64,000 bases of DNA, taken from contig CAYZIC010000001.1 in NCBI GenBank assembly GCA_964478335.1, forward strand, positions 3,638 through 67,637, written 5' to 3'. The translations under genes were made by a program, and so were the position numbers. The DNA is from an uncultured Lentisphaeraceae bacterium (GTDB lineage Bacteria > Verrucomicrobiota > Kiritimatiellia > RFP12 > DVOR01). Positions 9,977 through 19,850 of this stretch are shown here, one piece after another. Each line of letters starts with the position of its first letter. Positions within the stretch are counted from its first letter, which is position 1. Below the pieces are notes generated by a model. The model had not been told where the DNA came from. It made no database searches and worked only from the letters and a program-made list of their open reading frames with translations.

Positions 9977-11410
9977 ATGTATACACAGTTTGAGTTTCCA
10001 ACCGACCGCACTGGCTTATTGTCCAAACTAACAGAGCGTAGTGCAATGCCTCACGGAGACATGATGTCGATGATGATGTCTAAGCAAGAAGTCGACACAC
10101 AGGGGGTGTGGTGCAAGACGCAGCCTAGCTCAAATGGGATGATGCTTTATATCCATATTCCTTTTTGTGTGAGTCGGTGTGCATTTTGTGGATTTTATGC
10201 GCATAGCACGTCCGATGAGAGTCGCTTGGCTTATATTGATCTCTTGATCAAGGAGCTCCAGCAGGAGGCCGATCGTGGTGTCTACACGGCTCGTCCGATT
10301 GATGTGGTTTACTTTGGTGGTGGCACGCCGACGACGTTGTCAGGGGATGAGTTTCGCCGGTTGATCGGCTTTATCTACACGCACTTTACTATTGCATCAG
10401 ATGTGGAATTCACTGTTGAGGGGAGGATCTTTGGCTTTGATGATGATCAGGTGCGTGCATGCGTGGAGTCTGGTGCGACACGATTCTCTTTTGGTATTCA
10501 AACGTTTGACACAGTGCTTCGTCAGAGCTTGGGTCGTCGTAATTCTCGTGAGGAGCTGATATCACGCTTGCATCGCATCAAGGATATCTGTGGCGACAAG
10601 GTGGCGCTCGTAGCGGATCTCATCTATGGTTTACCAGGTCAGACACAATCGGATTGGATGGAAAACCTGCGCACGGTGCGTGACGATGTGCCGCTTGATG
10701 GGGTGGATCTCTATCGCTTGAAACTTTTCCCTGGCTTGCCGATAACCAAGCGAATGGAGCGTGAGGGAGCTTGGTCTGAAGAGGAGCTGATCTTGCGTCA
10801 TAGTGAGGCATGTGACTATCTGCAGGGCGCCAATTGGCGACAGCTCTCCTGCACCCACTGGGGGCGCAATTCACTTGAGCGCAATCGTTACAATCAGTGG
10901 GCTAAGACAGATATCGACCTCATCCCCTTTGGCTGTGGAGCAGGTGGTGCAATTGGCGAGAGCTCTTTTATGCAGACGAGCAACATCGACAAGTATAAGG
11001 AGATGGTCAATGCAGGTCTTAAGCCTTTGCAGATGGTGATGCCTAAGATGCCCTATCATGCGCAAAAGGCTCGCGTCGTGGATCAAATGGAGCGCGGCTA
11101 CTTTGTGCCCTCGACCAGTCCTGATGTCGACTTTGCGCCGCTATTTGACAATTGGCAAGCTGCGGGGCTGTGCACGGCTGATGGTGATGATCGATTTCGA
11201 TTGACTCGGTTGGGTGAATGCTATCAAGTGAAGCTCTCCTCAATGCTGACGGGTTATATTTTTGCTGGTGCAGCTGGGATGGGGGGAGTAGGTAGCATGA
11301 TGGGTATAGGGGGTAAGACACCCGACAGCCCAGCAACACAGGGCAAGGGCTTGATGGAGCTCTTTGCACAGATGGCATCTGGTAAAGAAACGCCCAAGAT
11401 GGGAGAGTAG
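9977..11410 (+). CDS. HemN/HemW/ChuW-family radical SAM enzyme (oxygen-independent coproporphyrinogen oxidase-like)
   Basis: The CxxxCxxC radical-SAM motif (HIPFCVSRCAFCGFY) and the GGGTP motif are present, with a HemN_C-like C-terminal domain. An N-terminal Met-rich extension is also present. Confidence 0.8.
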   Translation: MYTQFEFPTDRTGLLSKLTERSAMPHGDMMSMMMSKQEVDTQGVWCKTQPSSNGMMLYIHIPFCVSRCAFCGFYAHSTSDESRLAYIDLLIKELQQEADRGVYTARPIDVVYFGGGTPTTLSGDEFRRLIGFIYTHFTIASDVEFTVEGRIFGFDDDQVRACVESGATRFSFGIQTFDTVLRQSLGRRNSREELISRLHRIKDICGDKVALVADLIYGLPGQTQSDWMENLRTVRDDVPLDGVDLYRLKLFPGLPITKRMEREGAWSEEELILRHSEACDYLQGANWRQLSCTHWGRNSLERNRYNQWAKTDIDLIPFGCGAGGAIGESSFMQTSNIDKYKEMVNAGLKPLQMVMPKMPYHAQKARVVDQMERGYFVPSTSPDVDFAPLFDNWQAAGLCTADGDDRFRLTRLGECYQVKLSSMLTGYIFAGAAGMGGVGSMMGIGGKTPDSPATQGKGLMELFAQMASGKETPKMGE

Positions 11411-11414
11411 GCTT

Positions 11415-11966
11415 ATGCAGGATCGACCCTTTTATTGGCAAACAGAAGAGCTCATCGTGATTGGGCTTTTTACCGCACTGAGCAAGGTGTCGTCTCTAAT
11501 TATTTCCTTGCTGGGAGGAGGGCCAAATCCCATTACTTTGATGCTTAAGAATGGTATCGCCACGGCACTTTTGATTGTGATGGTGGCGCGAGTCTGTAAG
11601 TTTGGCACATTGGCTCTGTATACGCTCGTGGGTCAGATGATCACCTTTTTGATTGCGGGGGGCTCGTTGATTAGCCTTTTGCCAGGCTTTCTCTTGGGTG
11701 CGATCATCAGCGATGGTCTGATTGCAATCATGGGAGGCTACACCAAGATGCGAGCTGTGGTCTGTGGGGTACTCTTTTACGACTTGTTTGGTCGCATGCT
11801 ATCGCTCTCTTTCTCCTATTTGACGGTGCGTGAAAATCCTGCGCTCTTTATCTTTGGGGCGGCCGTGGTGCTTTTGGGTTATTTAGGGTGTCTCTTTATT
11901 GGTGTGCCCTGTGGTGTTAAGTTTGTAAAGGAGCTCCGCCATGCCGGAATTATTCGAGAGATTTAA
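11415..11966 (+). CDS. ECF-transporter substrate-specific (S) component-like membrane protein
   Basis: 183 aa with about 5-6 TM helices. It starts 5 nt after the upstream stop and overlaps the T component. Confidence 0.5.
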   Translation: MQDRPFYWQTEELIVIGLFTALSKVSSLIISLLGGGPNPITLMLKNGIATALLIVMVARVCKFGTLALYTLVGQMITFLIAGGSLISLLPGFLLGAIISDGLIAIMGGYTKMRAVVCGVLFYDLFGRMLSLSFSYLTVRENPALFIFGAAVVLLGYLGCLFIGVPCGVKFVKELRHAGIIREI

Positions 11967-12834
11967 CTCAAATAGACAGCCTACGAGCGATCGCTTTGAC
12001 ATCCGCACGCGCATCTTGATCTCGTTGATTGTTGCAGCGACAGGGATTTACTTAAGTGCGACAGGACCGCTACTTGTGATGGTTGTAGCGACTTCACTCT
12101 ATGTCCTTGCGACACGTCGATATAAGGTCATTTTCATGACTTATGTGGGCATTACTTGTATGATTGCAGTCTCGATGGCAATTATTTTAATCTCATTTAA
12201 ATTGGCTGAGATAGCCTTTGATGGTACGCCAACTGCGCAGACTGTGGCGATCTTTAAGCAGGTGCTAGTAGACAACTATCATACGCCATTTATTCGTATG
12301 ATTCCCTCGGTTAACGTGATGCTTGCTATTAGCTTAAACTTCCAAGTACAACGTTTTGTTAATGCGATGAAGAGCGTCCGCTTTCCGCGAGTAATCTTTT
12401 TGCCGTTGACAGTATTTTGTCGCTTTATCCCCGAATTTGTCTTAAATATCCGTCAATTGCGCGATGCGGTGATGATGCGAGGGTTTGCGCTAACGATCCA
12501 ATTTGCCGTGCTCCACCCTATTCAGACACTGCGCTTGACAGCGATCCCTTTGTCGATGCGCACACTGCGCATGGCTGACAATCTGGCCATGGCAGCTGAG
12601 ATGAAGCGTATTGGCTACACCCGCCAACCCACGCATTATAATGAATTATACTTCAGCAAGTTTGATTTTGGCATGCTTGCTTTGACGCTGATCATCGCCA
12701 CCAGTGCGATACTCTGGCAAAACACCTATCCCAAGGGTGTCGGTTATGGACCTGGAGGTATGATGTCGATGAAACCGCCCGTAGCAGCACAGCAGACGCC
12801 TGAAGCCACTCCCAAGACTGGAGAAAATCAATGA
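11941..12834 (+). CDS. ecfT: ECF transporter transmembrane (T) component, CbiQ/EcfT family
   Basis: A polytopic membrane protein with the C-terminal EcfT signature AVMMRGFAL (AxxxRG). It overlaps the ATPase gene start. Confidence 0.65.
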   Translation: MPELFERFNSNRQPTSDRFDIRTRILISLIVAATGIYLSATGPLLVMVVATSLYVLATRRYKVIFMTYVGITCMIAVSMAIILISFKLAEIAFDGTPTAQTVAIFKQVLVDNYHTPFIRMIPSVNVMLAISLNFQVQRFVNAMKSVRFPRVIFLPLTVFCRFIPEFVLNIRQLRDAVMMRGFALTIQFAVLHPIQTLRLTAIPLSMRTLRMADNLAMAAEMKRIGYTRQPTHYNELYFSKFDFGMLALTLIIATSAILWQNTYPKGVGYGPGGMMSMKPPVAAQQTPEATPKTGENQ

Positions 12835-14315
12835 GCACTGTCAACGAGGCCCCCAAGATGTCCCATATCGATACTGCGACTACGTCGATAGATGCGGTGT
12901 GTGCAAAGCATCTGGGGTACAACTATCCCTTTCAATCAGAGCCAGCATTGTACGATCTAAGCTTTTCGCTGCGCCGTGGCGAAGCGATGCTGATTACAGG
13001 CCCCAGTGGATGTGGCAAAACAACGCTCTTGCGAATCCTTAATGGGCTTATCCCTAACCATTTTAAGGGTACGGTCACTGGTGAGCTAACCGTCGCTGGG
13101 ATGACCTATCCAACGCCCTTGGCAGAGGTCTCTGAGCACGTAGGCACAGTCTTGCAGAATCCAGATGAGCAATTCATGGCGACGACCATCGAGGAAGAGG
13201 TCGCACTCGCACTCGAGTGGCAATGCGTCTCTCATGATGTCATGCATCAGCGTGTTGGAGAAGCGTTGCGAATCCTCAACCTCTCTGACATTGCTACGCG
13301 CTCGGTCTTTAACCTCTCCCAAGGCGAAAAGCAAAAGTGCATCATCGCATCAGTCATCGCCGCCTCTGCTGATATCGTCGTGATGGATGAGCCTACCGCC
13401 AATCTCTCGCCTGATGCTACGGTATCTCTTGCAGAGATTTGCCTCGCCCTTAAGCAACGTGGTGTGACGCTGGTCATTGTCGATCACCGGCTCTATTGGC
13501 TCCGTGGGATTCTTGACAAGCTACTCGTGCTCTCAGAGGGGCGACAAGTCTACTATGCGGATCGCACCGATGGCATCGATCCGCTCGATCGACTCAATGG
13601 CTGTGGCGCACTTGCTCAGTGGGGGTTACGCCGCACCGATGTCAAGCGGCTCTCTTTCCCCGCTTGCTCTGAGGCGCAAGCCTTTGCGATTGATGTCACA
13701 GGTTTAACCTTTACCTATCCACGTGGCGACACCATTTTTAACAACTTTAGCACCCATATCCCAAGTGGCGCAGTAACTGCGATTGTCGGCGAAAATGGTG
13801 CTGGTAAGACTACCTTTGCCAGACTCCTCTGTGGACTCAACAAGGTCAAGACTGGGGCTATCCTCTTTAAGGGAGAAAAGCTCACCCCAAAGGTAAACCG
13901 CATGCGAACCGCCTTTGTCATGCAGCAGATGGAAGTCCAGCTCTACATGCGCACCGTCTGTGAAGAGCTCACGCACTCAGCCACTCACAAAAGTGCCGAT
14001 GATGATCGTGATGCGCGAGTTGCCCATTGGATGGACGTTTTTCAAATTGCCCACCTCGCCCAGAGGCATCCTCACTCCTTATCGGGAGGCGAAAAGCAAC
14101 GCCTCGTCATCGCCTGTGCCTTGATGAAACAACCTGAGCTCCTCATCTTGGACGAACCGACCAGTGGACTAGATGGACGCAATATGCACATTATTGCAGA
14201 CCAATTAAAAGCATTTTCTCAAGCAGGAGGCGCGATCCTCCTTATCACACACGACCTTGAGCTCCTCGAGCTCATCGCTGATTATCAACTCGTTATCGAA
14301 GGAAAGCACAAATGA
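12831..14315 (+). CDS. ecfA: ECF/ABC transporter ATPase with fused duplicated A domains (EcfA1-EcfA2)
   Basis: Two Walker A sites (GPSGCGKTT, GENGAGKTT) and two ABC signatures (LSQGEKQ, LSGGEKQR) are present. Its start overlaps the T-component stop. Confidence 0.85.
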   Translation: MSTVNEAPKMSHIDTATTSIDAVCAKHLGYNYPFQSEPALYDLSFSLRRGEAMLITGPSGCGKTTLLRILNGLIPNHFKGTVTGELTVAGMTYPTPLAEVSEHVGTVLQNPDEQFMATTIEEEVALALEWQCVSHDVMHQRVGEALRILNLSDIATRSVFNLSQGEKQKCIIASVIAASADIVVMDEPTANLSPDATVSLAEICLALKQRGVTLVIVDHRLYWLRGILDKLLVLSEGRQVYYADRTDGIDPLDRLNGCGALAQWGLRRTDVKRLSFPACSEAQAFAIDVTGLTFTYPRGDTIFNNFSTHIPSGAVTAIVGENGAGKTTFARLLCGLNKVKTGAILFKGEKLTPKVNRMRTAFVMQQMEVQLYMRTVCEELTHSATHKSADDDRDARVAHWMDVFQIAHLAQRHPHSLSGGEKQRLVIACALMKQPELLILDEPTSGLDGRNMHIIADQLKAFSQAGGAILLITHDLELLELIADYQLVIEGKHK

Positions 14316-14812
14316 AAGCCGCAATCGTATGTTCCTCTAAGACCGGCAACACGATGAAAGTCGCCCAAGCCATCCACGCCGCCATGCCCGCTGGTACCGA
14401 TCTCTTTGCTGTCGAAGAAGCCGCTGCTGCTGATGGCTATGATCTCATCGTCATGGGTTTTTGGGTCGATCGCGGTATGCCCGACGAAAAGGCCAAGCAG
14501 TACATGAAGACCATCGTAGGTAAAAAGGTCTTTACCTTTTTTACCCTCGGAGCAGACCCTGACTCAAATCACGCAAAGGAGTGCATGGCGAAGTGTTGCG
14601 AATTTTATGGTGCAGACTGCTCCGAAATCGGCAACTTCCTCTGCCAGGGTGCCATTGACCCTAAACTCATCGAGGTGATGAAAAAAATGACCGATGGTCC
14701 TCATGCGCCCACTCCTGAGAGCTTGGCTCGCTGGGCGCGCGCTGCATCTCACCCAAATACTGCAGACTATGAGGCGGCCGCGGCTGCTATCTCTGCCGCT
14801 TTAGCCAACTAA
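14312..14812 (+). CDS. short-chain flavodoxin
   Basis: The N-terminal FMN phosphate loop SSKTGNT is present. The protein is 166 aa and its ATGA overlaps the ATPase stop. Confidence 0.75.
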   Translation: MKAAIVCSSKTGNTMKVAQAIHAAMPAGTDLFAVEEAAAADGYDLIVMGFWVDRGMPDEKAKQYMKTIVGKKVFTFFTLGADPDSNHAKECMAKCCEFYGADCSEIGNFLCQGAIDPKLIEVMKKMTDGPHAPTPESLARWARAASHPNTADYEAAAAAISAALAN

Positions 14813-14911
14813 AGACTCTCCGCAAATCATGCGGTAAACCCTGTGGTGTCCCAACGCTGTTGTTGATCAGAGACACCCATAGTAAAAAACAAAATAAAAA
14901 GGAAACTCATC

Positions 14912-16012
14912 ATGAGTATAAGTAAAAAATCTGGTTTCACGTTGGTGGAACTCCTCGTGGTCGTGGCAATCATCGCCGTTATTGGTGCTGGCGTCGCTGT
15001 GACCTATCAACGCCTTGATGACAAGGCCAAAACGTCCGTCGAAATCTCCGACGTCTCTATCCTCAAAAAGGTCATCAAGCACTGGAGCGCAATCAATGAT
15101 TACAAGTTGGTCAACGAGATGGACTCTTTGATCGATAGTCAAGGCAATCTCTACACTGCTGGGGACTTCGAAGGTATGGGTGGTTCAGTTGCCAATAAAT
15201 ATGGCAAAGGCTTAAATGGTCCCTTTGGTGCGACGCTCATGGTTGAGCAGGCGCCAGATGAGATCGTCGAGACCTTGGCTACCAGTGGCATGACCCTCAC
15301 TTATAAGCACATCGCTGATGCGACTGATGCGAATGACTCAACGTGGGAAGCCAATATGATGGGCGGTGGTGTTGATGTCAAGAATACCCGCTGCACGCTC
15401 GTCGGTAAAGACGCATTGGTAGACGCTAATGCTCTCGTGGACGCAGGTAAGAAGACCGCTGACGATTTCGTTAATGGTGCCATTACCATCAATAAAAAAG
15501 AGTACAAAACTCTTGACGCGTGGCAAAAGGCCTACAGCGATGCCGAGAAGATTACAGATTCCAACCCTGTTGACAAGCTCGCATTCATCTATCCCGGTGG
15601 CGGTGCTTCGATGGCTATGGGACCTAACACAATCACAATGCCGATGAACTTGACCGATGAAATCATTAGCAACTGTGGGTTCGATCCTGAAGACATTGTC
15701 AAACCCGGCGAAGAAGCTAGCAAGCCGACGGCTAAGTACTACTTGATCGCAATGGGTCTGGGACGTTTTAGCTCGATCTATAGCGGTAAGTCAATTCGCG
15801 CAGATGCGCCTGCTTATGGCAAGCGTCAAGTGCAGAACGCTGGTGCTTACAACCGCTATGTTGCTGTAATCCGTATCCCTGTCGGTGGCTACAACTCGAT
15901 GACGGGGGCAGGTGAACCCGCCCAAGTGATCGACGTTTTGACGCCTCAGGGTTACTCCGTGGCTGCTCTCCGCGACAACTTGGTTAAGGACGAGGACAAG
16001 ATCCGCGACTAG
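14912..16012 (+). CDS. prepilin-type N-terminal cleavage/methylation domain protein (long pilin/pseudopilin)
   Basis: A class III signal KKSG|FTLVELLVVVAIIAVIGAG with Glu at +5 is present. An AAGGAAA RBS precedes the start. Confidence 0.8.
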   Translation: MSISKKSGFTLVELLVVVAIIAVIGAGVAVTYQRLDDKAKTSVEISDVSILKKVIKHWSAINDYKLVNEMDSLIDSQGNLYTAGDFEGMGGSVANKYGKGLNGPFGATLMVEQAPDEIVETLATSGMTLTYKHIADATDANDSTWEANMMGGGVDVKNTRCTLVGKDALVDANALVDAGKKTADDFVNGAITINKKEYKTLDAWQKAYSDAEKITDSNPVDKLAFIYPGGGASMAMGPNTITMPMNLTDEIISNCGFDPEDIVKPGEEASKPTAKYYLIAMGLGRFSSIYSGKSIRADAPAYGKRQVQNAGAYNRYVAVIRIPVGGYNSMTGAGEPAQVIDVLTPQGYSVAALRDNLVKDEDKIRD

Positions 16013-16082
16013 TACTGATACACGATGCCCAGAGTCACCATCTGGTGTCTCTGGGGCATTTCTTTTAAATAAGGATTAACTG

Positions 16083-16589
16083 ATGAAAGCTGCAATTATA
16101 TGTTCTTCTAAAACGGGCAATACGATGAAGATCGCCCAGGCGATTCAAGCCGCCATGCCCGAGGGCACGCCCCTCTTCCCCATTGCCGAAGCACCAGACC
16201 CGGCTGCATATGATTTCATCATCATGGGATTCTGGATAGATAAGGCTGCGCCTGACCGCAAGGCAAAGGCCTACATGAAGACGCTCACAGACAAAAAGGT
16301 CTTCACCTACTTTACCCTCGGCGCAGTGCCGCATGGTGACCATGCACAACGCTGTTTACGTAATAGCACCAAAGCGTATGGTAAGGGCTGCACCGAGGTG
16401 GGCACCTTCCATTGTCAGGGAGCCATTGATCCTAAGTTGATCAAGATCATGCGGTGGCTATTCCCCTTTGGCCCTCACGCCAATACCGAAAAGAATCGTG
16501 CACGGTGGGCTGAGGCTGCCAAGCACCCAAATCAAGATGACTGCTCTGCTGCGGTAGAGGCTATCAAGCACGTTTTACAGGCACTCTAA
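16083..16589 (+). CDS. short-chain flavodoxin, paralog of 14312-14812
   Basis: About 60% identical to the first flavodoxin, with the same SSKTGNT loop. Confidence 0.75.
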   Translation: MKAAIICSSKTGNTMKIAQAIQAAMPEGTPLFPIAEAPDPAAYDFIIMGFWIDKAAPDRKAKAYMKTLTDKKVFTYFTLGAVPHGDHAQRCLRNSTKAYGKGCTEVGTFHCQGAIDPKLIKIMRWLFPFGPHANTEKNRARWAEAAKHPNQDDCSAAVEAIKHVLQAL

Positions 16590-16623
16590 GCACAGTTGCG
16601 TAAATGAGTGGGAAAGGCTTTAG

Positions 16624-17442
16624 ATGATGGAGCAATGTTACCGTTTAGGATTTACCTTGGTCGAGCTACTGGTCGTGATTGCGATTGTGGCGGTCATCGG
16701 GGCTGGGGTATCGGTCTACTATGGTCGTGACAATGTCGATCGTGGTAAACGAGAGATGACACGCCATGAGATGGGGCAAATCAGGCAGGCCTTTCAACAA
16801 TGCTATGCGGATAATAGCATTCAGCTCATGCGCGAGATCACAGAGCATGATTCATTAAAACCCTTGCCAACAACCTCTTTTATCAATACTTTTAAAGCTA
16901 AGCCAGATCAAACCAATCGCCTCTATGGGATGGTGAATTTTTTTGAAAGGTATGGTCTCTGGTGTCTCAAGCAACCTGCTATTCGAGATGTTGCCTCAGG
17001 GAGATTGATTACCTTTAAACCTTTTGATGCGATGGTAGGTACAGGCTGGCAGGGGCCTTATATCTCAATGAATGCTGGTGCGGCCTGCGTTGTGGATGGA
17101 GACAACTGGGTCAAGCCAGACCCTGACAAAACCACTGAAATCATCCTCCCACAAATTGCCACGCGCTATGAGGGGATTTATCGCATAGTCTACTTTGAGC
17201 ACTGTGAGGATGAGCGTGATACTAGCGAGCCCATTTACCGTCGTCTCTTGTTGGTCTGTGCGGTGAATGATGAGGCGATCGATACTGCTGATGAGTTGCG
17301 CAGCTATTCAGGTAATCGCCGCAAGGGCGATAATGCCTATCCGCTGAACCTCGACACGGGGGTGATTCGTACCTACGATGAGAGCAAGGGCCTTTTCTTT
17401 GTTGAGCTACTCAATCTTGATCAATGGAGGATACAGCAATGA
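16624..17442 (+). CDS. prepilin-type N-terminal domain protein (pseudopilin)
   Basis: RLG|FTLVELLVVIAIVAVIGAG is near-identical to the N-terminus of the 14912 gene. Confidence 0.75.
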   Translation: MMEQCYRLGFTLVELLVVIAIVAVIGAGVSVYYGRDNVDRGKREMTRHEMGQIRQAFQQCYADNSIQLMREITEHDSLKPLPTTSFINTFKAKPDQTNRLYGMVNFFERYGLWCLKQPAIRDVASGRLITFKPFDAMVGTGWQGPYISMNAGAACVVDGDNWVKPDPDKTTEIILPQIATRYEGIYRIVYFEHCEDERDTSEPIYRRLLLVCAVNDEAIDTADELRSYSGNRRKGDNAYPLNLDTGVIRTYDESKGLFFVELLNLDQWRIQQ

Positions 17443-18458
17443 TGCGCCCATGCATGGTTGGCCGTTCGGGGATGACGCTCGTTGAGCTCATGGTTGTCTT
17501 GGCAATCTTAGCTGCCGTGCTGACGACGGTTTCGGTTTCAACGATAGCCTCGCGAGACCGTCAGCGAGTCGAGAAGACTCAGCGTCAAGGGCGCGCGATG
17601 GTAGAGGCCCTGACGCGTACTGATGGGCTCTCTTTTATTTCCGACTTTGGTCGTCTCCCTCAGACGATTGACGAGGTCAAGTGGCTGTGCCAGCGGGCGA
17701 TCTTTAATAGCACATCGACGATACATGAAGCCCCCCTGTATCAACTCTTGCCGATCTGGCGTGCAAACACCGCCTCATCTACAGGAGCCGTATCACTAAA
17801 GACTTTTATTGGCAGCTCCAATTCCGTTAAGACAGCACTCGAGGCGGCACATTTGGGGGCGGGCTGGCGTGGACCATACACCTCTGCGGTGGTGCTACAG
17901 ACTGAAACAGAGGAGGACAAGACCGAGTCTCGTCTCTGTGATGCATTTGGCGGGGATTGGGTCTTTGAGGAGGGATCGGGCACGACTGATGCTCAGCTAA
18001 TTAGCTATGGCCGTGACCAGCTCAAAGACGACGCGGGTCAAGAGCGCAGCTGGCAAGATAGTGATCAGCGATTCGCCATACACCAAGCTCAAATCTCCCA
18101 GCAAGTTGAATTGGCTGTGTCACTCACCTGGGGTGAGGAGCAATTAGCATCTGCATCGATCTATTACTTTGAGCCAACCCTCATTGGTAAAAACACGTCC
18201 TATAGCATGGACATCCAGTGCCTTTATCATACGACTCAGACAAATCCAGCATCCTTTGTGATTAGCCCTGCGCAACCTGTGACCCTGAATGGGAATATCC
18301 CCAATCCATCAGACTCAAGTGGTTTGACAATTGGTCTGCGAGCGATTGTTGTCACTGCCACAGATACAAACAGCAACAAAGCGATCTCTGCGGTGCAGTA
18401 TGTGCATTTAAAGCCGGGCACCAACCACCTCGACATTTCCCTTTATCCACTAAAATAA
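17424..18458 (+). CDS. prepilin-type N-terminal domain protein (pseudopilin/minor pilin)
   Basis: SG|MTLVELMVVLAILAAV has the prepilin hydrophobic segment with E5. Confidence 0.7.
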   Translation: MEDTAMMRPCMVGRSGMTLVELMVVLAILAAVLTTVSVSTIASRDRQRVEKTQRQGRAMVEALTRTDGLSFISDFGRLPQTIDEVKWLCQRAIFNSTSTIHEAPLYQLLPIWRANTASSTGAVSLKTFIGSSNSVKTALEAAHLGAGWRGPYTSAVVLQTETEEDKTESRLCDAFGGDWVFEEGSGTTDAQLISYGRDQLKDDAGQERSWQDSDQRFAIHQAQISQQVELAVSLTWGEEQLASASIYYFEPTLIGKNTSYSMDIQCLYHTTQTNPASFVISPAQPVTLNGNIPNPSDSSGLTIGLRAIVVTATDTNSNKAISAVQYVHLKPGTNHLDISLYPLK

Positions 18459-18473
18459 GAAGAACATAAGACG

Positions 18474-19850
18474 ATGAAAAAGCCCAAACCCACCTACGCA
18501 CACACCCTCTTGACCTATGATGGCGAGCGGTGGTCTTATTATGCTGGCGCTACTCATGAGATGATCTTACGTCAATCGTTCATTGGTGCAGCCCAGGTCA
18601 TCCCTGCTGAAATCATCAGCGAATTACAGGCTGCTCATACGACGCATACGCGTTTATTGCTCGCTGGCGAGGTACATCGACTCGAAGTGGGATTGCCTAC
18701 GAATTTAAGCTTTAAAGAGGTTAATCGCATCATCACCTCAGAGCTGGCTGACATGACCAATGTTGATGTTGCAGAAATGATCACAGCAGGTGCCACGATC
18801 CCTTATCCTGGGGTTGCGGAACCAATCGTGCTGACGGCAGCATTTGTTAAGGATCGTATTACTGCGCTTCACCAACAGTTGATCGATGCGGGCGTATTGA
18901 TTACTGGGGTGGCATCTTTGGAAATGGCTTGTATGGCGACTTGGATGACACAATCCAAGCACACTGAGACGCTCTTGATCATGGGCCATACTCACGATCT
19001 GGTGATCCCCGGTAGGCGTCGAGGTGAAAACCCTGGGCCGACCTCTCTCTCTGGCGGTATGCGCTACCTCGAAATGGATGAGCTCGATTGGCTCAATAGA
19101 CTTCAGCGCGGCGTGCGATTTCTTGATAAACAGCAGCCTTGCTCAGTCTTATCATTGATGGTGCGCGAGGGGCCCACTGCGGTCATGCGTGCCGGGGGCT
19201 TCTCAGAGACGGTTACCATTGAGCGTGAGCCATTCTTGAATCGCGTCATCAATGAGGCCGCATTGGTTCGGGCCAATCTCAAGGGTGCGCTCTTACCAAT
19301 GGTCAATCCCTATGTCCCTCGTAAGCGCTTTAGCCATGCGTGGATTGTCGTGCCTACGCTCTTGCTCATGGCTTCTCCTTATCTCTACTGGGGTGTCAAT
19401 GTCCTCTATCGCAATCACCACGCTACTGAGTATCAGCAGGATGCGGCTCCCTATTTGCCTTTGGAGCAGGAGCTAAAGACGGCGCGTCAGGCTAAACAGT
19501 CGGCAACGTGGGCACTGCAACAAGAGCAGGCAAACTTTAATGCGCTGGTCAATCGACGGAAGCCCTTGGCTGCTTTTATCCATACGGCCTACTTCTTTTG
19601 CAAATTTGCTGGCGTGACGGTCTCGCTAGAGAAGATCGAGGAGCAGGATGGTAAGATCTTGGTCTCAGGGACGATGGGAGACCCGGAGGATAGACTGCGC
19701 ATAAACCAGTCGCTCAAATCGTTTACAAAAAAGTATGGTCTCGTCATTATCGAGAATAAGCTCTCAGACTCAATTGATGAAGAGGGCAACCCTGTTTCAC
19801 ACTTTGACTTAACTCTGTCATACCAAAATTTGAAGGATCCTGCCCAATGA
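18474..19850 (+). CDS. pilus assembly protein, PilM-like cytoplasmic domain fused to a PilN-like TM/coiled-coil region
   Basis: A cytoplasmic region of about 290 aa is followed by a single TM (AWIVVPTLLLMASPYLYWGV) and a coiled-coil periplasmic part. Its position ahead of PilO/PilB supports the call. Confidence 0.45.
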   Translation: MKKPKPTYAHTLLTYDGERWSYYAGATHEMILRQSFIGAAQVIPAEIISELQAAHTTHTRLLLAGEVHRLEVGLPTNLSFKEVNRIITSELADMTNVDVAEMITAGATIPYPGVAEPIVLTAAFVKDRITALHQQLIDAGVLITGVASLEMACMATWMTQSKHTETLLIMGHTHDLVIPGRRRGENPGPTSLSGGMRYLEMDELDWLNRLQRGVRFLDKQQPCSVLSLMVREGPTAVMRAGGFSETVTIEREPFLNRVINEAALVRANLKGALLPMVNPYVPRKRFSHAWIVVPTLLLMASPYLYWGVNVLYRNHHATEYQQDAAPYLPLEQELKTARQAKQSATWALQQEQANFNALVNRRKPLAAFIHTAYFFCKFAGVTVSLEKIEEQDGKILVSGTMGDPEDRLRINQSLKSFTKKYGLVIIENKLSDSIDEEGNPVSHFDLTLSYQNLKDPAQ

